NCBI GenBank assembly: GCA_963822445.1 | Contig: CAWGHO010000003.1 | Location: 1,408,001 to 1,472,000, forward strand | Direction of reading: 5' to 3' | From: an uncultured Acidobacteriota bacterium | GTDB taxonomy: Bacteria; Acidobacteriota; Thermoanaerobaculia; Gp7-AA8 | Length of the DNA stretch: 64,000 nucleotides | Shown: piece by piece, positions 1 to 9,202 of the stretch | How the letters are laid out: the number at the start of each line of letters is the position of its first letter | Numbering within the stretch: position 1 is the stretch's first letter | Notes under the pieces: model-generated | Databases searched by the model: none | Told to the model about the DNA's origin: nothing | The model's input: the letters and a program-made list of their open reading frames with translations, nothing else | Made by a program: the position numbers and the translations under genes

Positions 1-378
1 CCCGCTGAATCGCTGCGGTTCATGCTGCGCAAGGCCGGCTACTACTGGCGGCCCTGGCTCAATCCGATCGAGCATGGCCGCGGAGCGGTCATCGCCAGCG
101 CGATCATTCTCATCACGCTGTACGTGCTCGGATTCATCGGCATCTTCCGGCATCGCCTGCGCTGGGCGGTGCTCACTTACTTCGTGGTGATCTGGCTCGC
201 CCACGTGCCGCATCAGGTGGTGATGCGCTACCGCATCCCCTTCACCGATCCGCTGCTGCTCGCCTTCGCCGCGTACACGATATGCGGATGGGGATATCCG
301 AAATCGATCCGCGAGGACGAGACCTCCGCGAATCCGATGCGCGCGAGCCTCGCCGCGAACACTTCACGCGACTCGTAG
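1..378 (+). CDS. C-terminal part of a polytopic membrane protein, GT-C/ArnT-like glycosyltransferase (runs off the left edge)
   Basis: Hydrophobic helices and an 'RYRIPFTDPLLLAFAA' motif typical of GT-C C-termini; glycosylation-cluster context. Confidence 0.55.
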   Translation, partial: PAESLRFMLRKAGYYWRPWLNPIEHGRGAVIASAIILITLYVLGFIGIFRHRLRWAVLTYFVVIWLAHVPHQVVMRYRIPFTDPLLLAFAAYTICGWGYPKSIREDETSANPMRASLAANTSRDS

Positions 379-872
379 TTGAAGGTCTCGGCCATGGTGA
401 TGCCGAGGAGGCGCGTGGAGAGGGCTTCCTGAAATGCGTTCCAGCGGTTCTTCAGTTTCACGGCCGGATCCATCTCCTTGACCAGCAGCACGCCGCCGGG
501 ATTCAGCCGCTCCAGCGCACGCCGCAGGATGTCGTCCCACGCCGCGACGGGAATGGCGTACAGGACGTCGACGATGGCCACGACATCGAACCGGCCGCGC
601 ACGGCCTGATCGAACGCGGCGACGTAGCGCACGCCCTCGACCGCGCCGATCTTCCTCACGTCGGGCTCCACCGCCACCGCGCGAATACCCCGCGCCGCGA
701 CCAGTCGCGAAAAGAGCCCATGCCCCGCGCCGATCTCGAGCATCGACCGCGCCTCTCGCGGCACGAACCGCAACAACCGCCCGAACGGACAGGTGAGATA
801 GCGGATGAGGATGTGCAGCCGCGTCCCGGGCGGGCGGCGGCGGTAGGTGCGGTGGAGGAGGCGAAGGCTCAA
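228..872 (-). CDS. Class I SAM-dependent methyltransferase
   Basis: MLEIGAGHG motif I; colinear paralog of 3317..3964; TTG start lies inside a repeat arm, so the start is uncertain. Confidence 0.85.
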   Translation of the reverse strand: MSLRLLHRTYRRRPPGTRLHILIRYLTCPFGRLLRFVPREARSMLEIGAGHGLFSRLVAARGIRAVAVEPDVRKIGAVEGVRYVAAFDQAVRGRFDVVAIVDVLYAIPVAAWDDILRRALERLNPGGVLLVKEMDPAVKLKNRWNAFQEALSTRLLGITMAETFNYESREVFAARLARIGFAEVSSSRIDFGYPHPHIVYAAKASSSGSVKGMR

Positions 873-958
873 AGGCGCAGAGGCTCAAAGGCTCAAAGGA
901 GCTTGTGAGACTATGCCATAACGCTTTGAGCCCTTGAGCCTTTGCGCCTTTGAGCCTT
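864..958. repeat. Inverted array of 8-nt tandem units, (AAGGCTCA)n ... (TGAGCCTT)n
   Basis: About 4.5 units per arm (864-899 and 924-958), 24-nt spacer. Confidence 0.9.
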
Positions 959-1688
959 GAAAGTCCGCCCCTTCCTCCCCCTTCTCGCTATCGCCCTCCC
1001 CATCGCCATCGTCGCGGTGCTGCTGGCGAACATGCAGCGGCTGACGTTTGCGCGGGAGGGGATGGAGTTGATGCGGGGGATGGGCGGGGAGTGGTGGGCG
1101 ATTCCGCTCTTCCTTGCGCTGTACGTGCTCTTCGCGCTGGTGCTCATGCCCGTGGGCATTCTCTCCGCGGCCGCGGCACTGGCCTGGGGCTGGGAGGTTG
1201 GCGGGTTGCTCGATCTTCTCGGATGCACGCTCGCTTCGCTGCCGCCGTACTTCATCGCGAAACGTGGACTGCCGAAGCGGGTGAGCGCGTATTTCGAGCG
1301 GCATGGCATCGCCTTCAACGCCACGCCCGAGTTTTTTCCGCTGCTCATCCTGCGCATCGTGCCGATCTTTCCGTACGTCGCGCTCAACTACGTCGCCGGC
1401 GTGGCCCGCTACCGTCTCCGCGACTACATCGCCGCGACGTTCCTCGGCTCGATTCCCAGCGTTTTCCTCTTCGCCTACTTCATCGACACCCTCGGCGACT
1501 CGGCAATGGGCGGCGCCACGCAGCTGCGGATCCTCGGCGCCTGCGTGGCCATCGCCGTGCTGGCGATCATCGGCCGGTGGGGAGTCCGGTTCGCAATTCG
1601 TACAGCTCGACCGCAAGCCGCCGGCGATCCCCGCTCCGCAGCGACGGAACTTCCGCCGGAACGAAACTCCGCTCCGCCACGAGCCTGA
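957..1688 (+). CDS. DedA/VTT (TVP38/TMEM64, SNARE-associated) membrane protein
   Basis: 'LILRIVPIFPYVALNYVAG' DedA-type motif; multiple TM helices. Confidence 0.85.
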   Translation: MKVRPFLPLLAIALPIAIVAVLLANMQRLTFAREGMELMRGMGGEWWAIPLFLALYVLFALVLMPVGILSAAAALAWGWEVGGLLDLLGCTLASLPPYFIAKRGLPKRVSAYFERHGIAFNATPEFFPLLILRIVPIFPYVALNYVAGVARYRLRDYIAATFLGSIPSVFLFAYFIDTLGDSAMGGATQLRILGACVAIAVLAIIGRWGVRFAIRTARPQAAGDPRSAATELPPERNSAPPRA

Positions 1689-3291
1689 TCAGCGGCGCAC
1701 CTGTGGGAACGTCGACCGTGATGTTCGTGCCCCGTGAGCGCTCCACGCGCGCTTTTGCGGTCTCGACGTCGTTGACGGCGATGGTGATCGTATTGGCCTC
1801 GATCGCCGCCGCATGCGGGAGTCCGATTCTCAGCCACAGAGAACGCGCCGGCCCGGGCGGCAACTGAATCGTTGCGGCCGGCGTCAACCACCGCCACTCC
1901 CGTCCGTCCTGATCGCGCTCGGGCGGAAAGACCCCTTCGACGATCCGGAAACGCCGCTCCGGCGGCAGAGGGATGACCGAGGTTGCGCGATAGTGATTGC
2001 GGGTCAGCTTGATGTAGGCGTCGCTCGGCTTCCATCGAAAGACCCGCGCGTCCGGCCGCGCCGTCGCACCATCGGCGTAGATGAACAGCGGCACATCGGG
2101 CCGGTTCCAGAATTTCGCGAGGCCGTCGTCGACTCGATGCGGATTGCGGTTAGCGAGAAAGTACGTCGCGTGAGGCCAGAGCGGGAGCTCGTACAGCACC
2201 ACCGCGTTCGGCGGGTAGGCGGCCCGCGCGAACTGTGCCGCGCGCACGGGCGGCGAAGCGCTGCTGCGCCGCTGGGCGAGGAGGGTGCCCGTGTACAGGA
2301 GGAACGCCACTCCGCCGATCGCCGCGGCCTGATACGGCCACTTCCGTACTCCCGCTCCGGCGAAGAAAGCCGTGACCAGAACGAACGGAATCGCGTAACG
2401 AACTCCGTCCGCCGGGTCCATGACCCAGAGAGCGAAGCTGATGTAGATCGCTCCGGCCGCGATCAGGGGCCAGGCGGCGCGGTTGCGGGCGGTGAGGAAG
2501 AAGCCGTACGCCGCAAGCGCGAGGGCAATCAACGCCATCGGTTCGGTGCCCCAGGGCCGGCCGATGAATCGGAAGGCGATCCGGGCCGGCGTCCATCCCG
2601 TACGCGACTGAGCGGCGTCGTGGGCTACCAAGTATTTGCCCTGGCCGGTCTCGAACTCGATCAGCCCTTCCAGGCTGCCAATCGCGGTCGTCAGTGGCGA
2701 GAGCCAGAGGAGACAGACGACGGTGAAGATGCCGAGCGCCATCAATCGATCGCGCCAGGTTCGCATCGTCGCCACATACGCGAGGAAGAGCGGCACGACG
2801 AAAATCGCGTACTGCATGCGCCAGCCCACCGTGAGAGCCGCGAAGACGGCGAACCATTCCCACCGCGACCGCGTGGCGCAGTAGAGCGCTGCCGCCAGCA
2901 ACGCCAGCGCCCCCGGCTCCGAGATCGGTAACGTCGAATGAATGAGCAACGCCGGCGACCAGTAGAAAAACATCGCGCCGGCCAGACCGGTGGCGAGATC
3001 GCCGGTCAGATTCCGAAAGGCCAGGGCGAGCAGCGCGAACCCTGTCGCCGAGGCGATGACGCTGAGGGCGACCAGCGTCGCGAAGTCGCTGGGAACGAAC
3101 AGGCGCACGACCTGTGCGAAATAAATGAAGACCGGATAGCCCGGCGGCGGCGGATGGTGGGCGAGGGGGTCGTACTTGTGCAGGGCCTGGAAGAAGAGCG
3201 GCTCGTCGAACTCCCACGGGCTGGCCGGCATCACACAAAGCAGCAGGACGACGTGCGCGGCGAGAGCGACAAGAAACGAACGCGACTTCAC
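1567..3291 (-). CDS. Polytopic membrane protein, GT-C-fold glycosyltransferase-like, with C-terminal extracytoplasmic domain
   Basis: N-terminal 'WEFDE...HPPPPGYP' loop, many TM helices, 'RYAIP' motif, C-terminal 'DRRRLAV'. Confidence 0.65.
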   Translation of the reverse strand: MKSRSFLVALAAHVVLLLCVMPASPWEFDEPLFFQALHKYDPLAHHPPPPGYPVFIYFAQVVRLFVPSDFATLVALSVIASATGFALLALAFRNLTGDLATGLAGAMFFYWSPALLIHSTLPISEPGALALLAAALYCATRSRWEWFAVFAALTVGWRMQYAIFVVPLFLAYVATMRTWRDRLMALGIFTVVCLLWLSPLTTAIGSLEGLIEFETGQGKYLVAHDAAQSRTGWTPARIAFRFIGRPWGTEPMALIALALAAYGFFLTARNRAAWPLIAAGAIYISFALWVMDPADGVRYAIPFVLVTAFFAGAGVRKWPYQAAAIGGVAFLLYTGTLLAQRRSSASPPVRAAQFARAAYPPNAVVLYELPLWPHATYFLANRNPHRVDDGLAKFWNRPDVPLFIYADGATARPDARVFRWKPSDAYIKLTRNHYRATSVIPLPPERRFRIVEGVFPPERDQDGREWRWLTPAATIQLPPGPARSLWLRIGLPHAAAIEANTITIAVNDVETAKARVERSRGTNITVDVPTGAPLIRLVAERSFVPAEVPSLRSGDRRRLAVELYELRTGLPTGR

Positions 3292-3316
3292 CTACTCACT
3301 ATAATCCGCGCGCCCG

Positions 3317-3964
3317 ATGTCCATGTCCTGCCTCGCCGCGGCGCGTTTCCTCCGCCGCGTTTATCGCGACTATCCGCGCGCCCACCGCCTGCACGTGCTG
3401 GTGCGCTACGTCACCTGTCCGTTCGTGCGCACGCTCGACGACCTTCCAACCGGCGGGCGGATGCTGGAGATCGGCGCGGGGCACGGCATCTACTCCTATC
3501 TCGCGACGAACGATTCCTCGCGCCGCGTATACGCCGTCGAGCCGGATCTGCGCAAAGCCCTGCATCCGGAACATGCGCCGGGCGTGCAATGGATCGCGGG
3601 CTTCGACGAGGCCGTGCGGGGCACGTTCGACACGATCGTGATCTACGACGCGACCTACCGCATGGCCATCGCCTACCGCACCGAGCTCTATCGGCGCGTC
3701 TTCGATCGCCTTCGCCCCGGCGGCACGTTCATCCTCAAAGACATGGATCCCGGCCACCGCTGGAAGATGAAGTGGGCCCGCTTCCAGGAGTGGCTTTCCG
3801 ACACGTTCCTGAAGGTGAGCATCGGCGAGGGCTTCATCTACCAGACCCGCGCCGAAGTCGAAACGACGCTGCGCGGCATCGGCTTCGACAACTTTCGCGC
3901 GCGGGCCATCGATGCGGGGTATCCGCATCCGCATGTCCTTTATTCAGCGCGCAAACCGCGCTGA
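3317..3964 (+). CDS. Class I SAM-dependent methyltransferase (paralog of 228..872)
   Basis: MLEIGAGHG; shared 'RYxTCPF', 'AVEPD' and 'IDxGYPHPH' motifs. Confidence 0.85.
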   Translation: MSMSCLAAARFLRRVYRDYPRAHRLHVLVRYVTCPFVRTLDDLPTGGRMLEIGAGHGIYSYLATNDSSRRVYAVEPDLRKALHPEHAPGVQWIAGFDEAVRGTFDTIVIYDATYRMAIAYRTELYRRVFDRLRPGGTFILKDMDPGHRWKMKWARFQEWLSDTFLKVSIGEGFIYQTRAEVETTLRGIGFDNFRARAIDAGYPHPHVLYSARKPR

Positions 3965-3973
3965 ATAAAGGAC

Positions 3974-4066
3974 AAATGCAGAATGCAGAATGCAAAATGC
4001 AGAAAGGGTTGAACGCGCGGTTTCGCGGGGCCTTTTCTGCATTCTGCATTTTGCATTCTGCATTTT
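3974..4066. repeat. Inverted heptamer array, (AATGCAG)n ... (CTGCATT)n
   Basis: About 4 units per arm (3974-4007 and 4031-4066). Confidence 0.9.
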
Positions 4067-4097
4067 CTAGCGGCGCCAGCCGCTAGAATCGCCGCCC

Positions 4098-4811
4098 ATG
4101 CGCCGTCCATCCGTCTCCCTGGTCATCCCGATGTACAACGAGGAGCTCAACATCGAGCACGCTGTCGCGGCTGCCGTGGAGTCTCTTCAAAAGTACTCGG
4201 ACGACTACGAGATCATCATCGTCGACGACGCCTCGACCGATGACTCGCCGCAGTTGGCCGCGAAGCTGGCTCGCGAGAATCCGCGCATCAGGGTGATCAC
4301 GCACACGCGCAATCAGAAGCTCGGCGCGACGCTGCGCAGTGGCTTCGCGGCCACGACCAAAGAGCTGATCTTCTACATGGACGCCGACATCCCCTTCGAC
4401 CCCGAGGTCCTCGGCAACGCCATCCGGGCCATGCACGTCACCGGCGCGGACATGATCGCCGCGTACCGCCACGACCGGACGATGGAAGGGGCGCGGCGCG
4501 CGGTTTACACGCTGCTCTACAACTGGCTGATCGGGGTCCTCTTCGGCTGGCCGCACCGCGACATCAACTTCTCCTTCAAGTTGATGAAGCGGAAAGTGCT
4601 GGAAGCGATCGAGCTGAAGTCGGAGGGCTCGCTGATCGATGCGGAGCTCGTGGTGAAAGCGAAGAACCGCGGCTTCGCTATCCAGCAGATGGGCATCGAC
4701 TACTTTCCACGCATCCGCGGCACGTCGAATCTCGCTTCGGTCGGCGTGATCCTGAAGATCATCCGCGAGCTGGTGAAGCTCTATCCGGAAATGCGCGCGA
4801 AGCACCGATGA
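4098..4811 (+). CDS. GT2 glycosyltransferase, polyprenol-phosphate sugar synthase (DPM1/ArnC-like)
   Basis: 'VIPMYNEE', 'IIVDDASTD', 'YMDAD' DxD motif, 'DINFSFKL'. Confidence 0.9.
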   Translation: MRRPSVSLVIPMYNEELNIEHAVAAAVESLQKYSDDYEIIIVDDASTDDSPQLAAKLARENPRIRVITHTRNQKLGATLRSGFAATTKELIFYMDADIPFDPEVLGNAIRAMHVTGADMIAAYRHDRTMEGARRAVYTLLYNWLIGVLFGWPHRDINFSFKLMKRKVLEAIELKSEGSLIDAELVVKAKNRGFAIQQMGIDYFPRIRGTSNLASVGVILKIIRELVKLYPEMRAKHR

Positions 4812-5578
4812 CGCGCCGCACGCTCATCGTCACCGCGGACGACATCGGATTGCATCCGGGCATGACCGAAGGAGCGATCCGCGCGCATCGCGAGGGCATC
4901 GTCACGGCCTGCAGCATCGTCGCGAACGGTGCCGCGTTCGACGACGCCGTGTCGCGACTGCGCGAGGTGCCGTCGCTGGAAGTGGGCGTGCATCTGACGC
5001 TGGTCGAAGAGCGGCCGCTGACGGCGATCCGTTTCCCGAAAAAGTACACGTCGTTCGTGCCGTTGTACCTGGCGCGGGTGATCGGCATCGGCGACATCGA
5101 GCGCGAGTTGCGCGCGCAGATCGAGCGGGTGATGGCGACGGGCCTGCGGGTCACGCATCTGAACGGGCACCAGCATCTGCATCTGCTGCCGCGCATTTTT
5201 CGGGTGGTGGTGAGGCTGGCGCGCGAGTATTCGATTCCGTACGTGCGGATCGTGGATGACCGCGGCGGCACAGCAAGAGGTCTCCCCATCGCCGCCCTCA
5301 GCTTGCTCGGCCGCCGAGGGCGAACCGCGGGGCTGACGAACGATCGCACCATCGGCGTTGCCGGTGCCGGCCATCTCGACGACGTCGTTCCGCTCCTTGA
5401 TCACGTCGAGGGCGTCACCGAGCTGGTCACCCATCCTGGCGTCGGCGTGAGCGGCTACGACTGGGGGTACGCGTGGGACGCCGAGACGCGCGCGCTTTGC
5501 GATCCCCGCCTGCGTGACGAGCTGGCCAAGCGCGGGATCGAGCTCAGTGCACCGTCACGCGCATCACAGCGCGGCTGA
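4808..5578 (+). CDS. ChbG/HpnK (YdjC family) carbohydrate deacetylase
   Basis: 'LIVTADDIG', 'GVHLTL', 'THLNGHQHLH', 'ELVTHPG'. Confidence 0.9.
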   Translation: MTRRTLIVTADDIGLHPGMTEGAIRAHREGIVTACSIVANGAAFDDAVSRLREVPSLEVGVHLTLVEERPLTAIRFPKKYTSFVPLYLARVIGIGDIERELRAQIERVMATGLRVTHLNGHQHLHLLPRIFRVVVRLAREYSIPYVRIVDDRGGTARGLPIAALSLLGRRGRTAGLTNDRTIGVAGAGHLDDVVPLLDHVEGVTELVTHPGVGVSGYDWGYAWDAETRALCDPRLRDELAKRGIELSAPSRASQRG

Positions 5579-5601
5579 CGCGGTAGCCCCACATTCGTTT
5601 C

Positions 5602-7911
5602 ATGCGCGTCCTTCTGGCTTTCCTTCTTTGCGCCAATGCGTCCGCGGCCATCGACGTGCCGTTGCGCGTCCGTGAAACCGCGGGCGTGACGCGCGCCGGC
5701 GAGGTCATTCGCTCGGGCATCCCCATTCCGCGGAACGCCGTCCTTCTCTCGACTACAGCTCTGTCGATCGTCGGACCGAACGGCGCCGCCGTCCCCGCTC
5801 AGTTTCGCGTGCTCGCACGCTGGAACGCGGGGCGAGCCGATGCGAACGCGCCCATTCAGTGGTTGCTGGTTTCCTTTCCCGCGAGCGTGAGCGCGAATGC
5901 GACCGCGACCTATCGCCTCGTCTCGGGCGTCAACCCCGCGTCGCCGTCACCGCTGCGTCTGACGCGCGACGGCAATCGCGTGATCGTCGACACGGGCGCC
6001 GCGAGCTTCACCATCGACGGCGCGGCTTCCTCGCTTTTTGAGGAGATTCGTTTCGGAACCGCGCCCGTCGTGACCGGTGGGTCGCTGACCGCACGGATCG
6101 AGAACGCCGAATCGCGTTACGCGAGCCTGCGGCGTCTCTCGATCGAAGAGGCCGGCCCGGTCAGCGCCGTCGTGGTCGTGGAAGGAACGTACGACACGCC
6201 CCAGGTCAGTTCCCAGCGGCGCTACACGTTCGGCGCCGGCTCGTCGACCGTGACCATCCGGCAGACGCTGGCCTGGGAAGGGAACCGTTGCGAGACCGCC
6301 GGTGCAATCCGCTGCGGAAACGCCATTAACGCCCTTCGCGTCCAGCAGATTCGCGACACGTTGCGGACTACGACTGGCGCCACGGTCGCGGTCGCACTCC
6401 AGGACATGCATCACTACGGCCCGCAGGCCGTGCGAACACTCGACGACGGTTCGATCGCCATCGACATCGCCGCCGATCAAGTCTGGCTCGGCGCGCGGCA
6501 GGCACTCTTTGTGACCATGGCCATCGGTGCGACGCCGGAAACGGTAGGAGCGGAGCTGAATCACCCGCTGCGCGCATGGCCCGACGCGTCGTGGTTCGCC
6601 GCTTCGGATGCTGTCGATCCGTTCCCCGCGGGCGCGGTCGCGCCGGAGCATTCCGATTACGACGCCGCCGTTCGCGGTGTGCTCGATCGCACGATCGCCA
6701 GGCGCGAAGAGCTCGGGATCCACGGCCTGATGACGTTCGGACTCTATCCGCGCATCTGGGGCAATCCGATTTACTCGGACGAAGTCGTGTGCGGTGACGA
6801 TCCGACGCCCGGCGAGTCGTGGGACGACCTCTATTGGTGTGCGACCTGGACCGACTACCACAACACCACGTACGCCGCCGCCGCGCGGGCGATGCGAACA
6901 GGGGAGGTGCAGTGGCTCGACGAGATCACGCGACCCGCGGCGCTGCGCGTGCTGTACACGCAGATCTTTCAGTGCTCCCCCGATGACGGCTATTTCTACT
7001 GCGGCCAGGCCCCGGCGGGCTACGGCGGGTATCGCGGGGATTTCAACTCATCGCATGCCTATTTCGACAACCTCCAGCTCTATTACTGGCTGACCGGCGA
7101 CTCGGCGGTCGTCGAGACGCTGGAGCGCGGATCGCGCTCGATGCGCGACTACCTGTGCGAGCGCCGTCCGGCCGCGCCCTGCCAGCCGCACGATGCGCCG
7201 ACCGACGAATACGCGAATCTCACCGGCCGCGTGGCCTCGCAGTGGATCGGTACCTTTCGATTCGTCGGACTGGCGAGCGACGACGCGAGCTTCCTCGAGG
7301 ACTACCGGAACAACCTCGCCCGCGCGGTGACGCAGCAATACGTGCAGGCCAGCGGCTTCGGCTTCATCCTCGCCGGCTGGCGTCCGGTGACCGCGGCCGG
7401 ACGCGTTACCACCGACCAGCTCTGGATGTCCGCTCTCTACGACATGAAGAATCTCGATCGTCTGCGCCGGGACACCGCCGATGCTCCGATCGGCGATCCG
7501 CCCGTGCGGCCGAGCGAGGTCATCGCCGCATACGCGCGAAGTATCGAGCGCTACGCGCCCGCCCGCTCCTGGCCGAACTCATTTGATGTGACCTGGAGCG
7601 GCCCACGACTCGGCGGGACGCTGATCGCTGTCGACGCCACGCCGGGCGGCAGCGACCCGTTCCTCTACGACACCGGCCGCTCGACGCTGGCTGGCCCGCT
7701 CGCGGCCGCGGCGGCGCTGACCGGCGATCCGGCGCTGCAAGCCTTCGCGCGGGAGGCGACGCGCTTCGCGATCGCCGCGTCGATCGCCGATGGCTCGCCG
7801 CTGGGAAAGCTCCAGGGCGAATACCTGGCCCGGCTTCACGCCGCCGTGGCCATGCTCGCGCCGCCGCAGCGGGAGGAATCAGCGCAGCGCCGCCGCGCGG
7901 TGAGGCATTAG
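5602..7911 (+). CDS. Secreted protein, exo-rhamnogalacturonan lyase (PcRGLX/YetA)-like, with C-terminal RRRAVRH
   Basis: Signal peptide; 'GIPIPR...VPAQFRVLARW...IQWLLV' N-terminal barrel motif; 'YYWLTGD' helical-barrel motif. Confidence 0.55.
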   Translation: MRVLLAFLLCANASAAIDVPLRVRETAGVTRAGEVIRSGIPIPRNAVLLSTTALSIVGPNGAAVPAQFRVLARWNAGRADANAPIQWLLVSFPASVSANATATYRLVSGVNPASPSPLRLTRDGNRVIVDTGAASFTIDGAASSLFEEIRFGTAPVVTGGSLTARIENAESRYASLRRLSIEEAGPVSAVVVVEGTYDTPQVSSQRRYTFGAGSSTVTIRQTLAWEGNRCETAGAIRCGNAINALRVQQIRDTLRTTTGATVAVALQDMHHYGPQAVRTLDDGSIAIDIAADQVWLGARQALFVTMAIGATPETVGAELNHPLRAWPDASWFAASDAVDPFPAGAVAPEHSDYDAAVRGVLDRTIARREELGIHGLMTFGLYPRIWGNPIYSDEVVCGDDPTPGESWDDLYWCATWTDYHNTTYAAAARAMRTGEVQWLDEITRPAALRVLYTQIFQCSPDDGYFYCGQAPAGYGGYRGDFNSSHAYFDNLQLYYWLTGDSAVVETLERGSRSMRDYLCERRPAAPCQPHDAPTDEYANLTGRVASQWIGTFRFVGLASDDASFLEDYRNNLARAVTQQYVQASGFGFILAGWRPVTAAGRVTTDQLWMSALYDMKNLDRLRRDTADAPIGDPPVRPSEVIAAYARSIERYAPARSWPNSFDVTWSGPRLGGTLIAVDATPGGSDPFLYDTGRSTLAGPLAAAAALTGDPALQAFAREATRFAIAASIADGSPLGKLQGEYLARLHAAVAMLAPPQREESAQRRRAVRH

Positions 7912-7979
7912 GTGTGGTGCAGGCCTCCGGCCTGCCTCTGTCCACCGCCCAGAGGCAGGCCGGAGGCCTACACCACACC
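7911..7979. repeat. REP-like inverted doublet
   Basis: 30-bp arms (7911-7940 and 7950-7979) with one mismatch; each arm holds an inner palindrome GCAGGCC-nnn-GGCCTGC. Confidence 0.8.
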
Positions 7980-8006
7980 GGCACGACACCTATAATCCGC
8001 GCCCGC

Positions 8007-9062
8007 ATGGCAAAGAAGATTGCAGTAGTCCCCGGCGACGGAATCGGTCCTGAAGTGATCGACGCCGGATTGAAAGTGCTCAGCCGGGTCAGTGAAGCCC
8101 GCGGTCTCGGTCTCCAGTTCGTCCATTTCGGCTGGAATGCCGACGAGTACCTCCGCACGGGCATCTCCATGCCCGACGGCGCGATGGACGACATCCGCGT
8201 GAACTACGACGCCGTCTACCTCGGCGCATTCGGCGACCCCCGCGTCCCCGACATGAAGCACGCCGCGGACATCCTCCTCGGCATGCGCTTCCAGCTCGAT
8301 CTCTACGTCAACTACCGGCCGGTCAAGCTCCTCGACGAGCGCCTCTCGCCGCTGAAAAATAAAGGGGTGGCCGACATCGACTTCGTGATCTTCCGCGAGA
8401 ACACGGAAGGCGCGTACGTGGGCATGGGCGGCAATTTCAAGAAGGGGACGATGGACGAGATCGCGGTGCAGGAAGACGTCTCCACGCGCCGCGGCGTGGA
8501 GCGGATCATCCGCTACGCGTTCGAGTACGCGAAGAAGACCGGCCGCAAGTCGGTGTGCATGTCGGACAAGAACAACGTCATGCGCTTCGGCGGCGATCTC
8601 TGGCTGCGCACGTTCGAGGAAGTGGCGAAGGAGTACCCGGACATGGAGCACTTCCACATGTTCGTCGACGCGCTGACCATGCAGATGGTGCGCGCGCCGG
8701 AGATGTTCGAGGTGATCGTGACCAACAACATGTTCGGCGACATCGTCACCGACCTCGGCGCCGCACTGCAGGGCGGCCTCGGCGTCGCCGCATCAGGCAA
8801 CATCCACCCCGGCCGCGTCTCACTCTTCGAGCCCATTCACGGCAGCGCGCCGAAATACGCCGGGAAAGACGTCGCCAACCCCGCCGGCGCGATTCTCACC
8901 GCCGGGATGATGCTCGAGTACCTCGGACATGCGGACGAGGCTCGGATCATCGAAGACGCCGTGACCGAGGCCATTCGTGCGGAGGAAACGACGAAGGACC
9001 TGGGTGGGAGCCTGGGGACTCGCGCTGCCGGAGATGCGATTCTGAACCGACTGCAGGTTTAG
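8007..9062 (+). CDS. leuB: 3-isopropylmalate dehydrogenase (isocitrate/isopropylmalate dehydrogenase family)
   Basis: 'PGDGIGPEV', 'FRENTEG', 'NMFGDIVTD', 'FEPIHGSAP'; substrate not certain (homoisocitrate or tartrate possible). Confidence 0.8.
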   Translation: MAKKIAVVPGDGIGPEVIDAGLKVLSRVSEARGLGLQFVHFGWNADEYLRTGISMPDGAMDDIRVNYDAVYLGAFGDPRVPDMKHAADILLGMRFQLDLYVNYRPVKLLDERLSPLKNKGVADIDFVIFRENTEGAYVGMGGNFKKGTMDEIAVQEDVSTRRGVERIIRYAFEYAKKTGRKSVCMSDKNNVMRFGGDLWLRTFEEVAKEYPDMEHFHMFVDALTMQMVRAPEMFEVIVTNNMFGDIVTDLGAALQGGLGVAASGNIHPGRVSLFEPIHGSAPKYAGKDVANPAGAILTAGMMLEYLGHADEARIIEDAVTEAIRAEETTKDLGGSLGTRAAGDAILNRLQV

Positions 9063-9090
9063 GAGAGCGGCGGCAGAGCCGCCGCACTCC
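9062..9090. repeat. REP-like palindrome GGAGwGCGGCGGCAGAGCCGCCGCACTCC
   Basis: Related copies at 18677-18709 and 45846-45914. Confidence 0.75.
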
Positions 9091-9202
9091 ACGTCGTTTC
9101 TCGACGCTTGATGAAGCTGCTCGCTCGGGATGCATCACAACGAACCAGCGCAACCCGTGTCTATGTCCCTCGAGGTGGTGATCGCCACCCTTGGGAGGTG
9201 CC

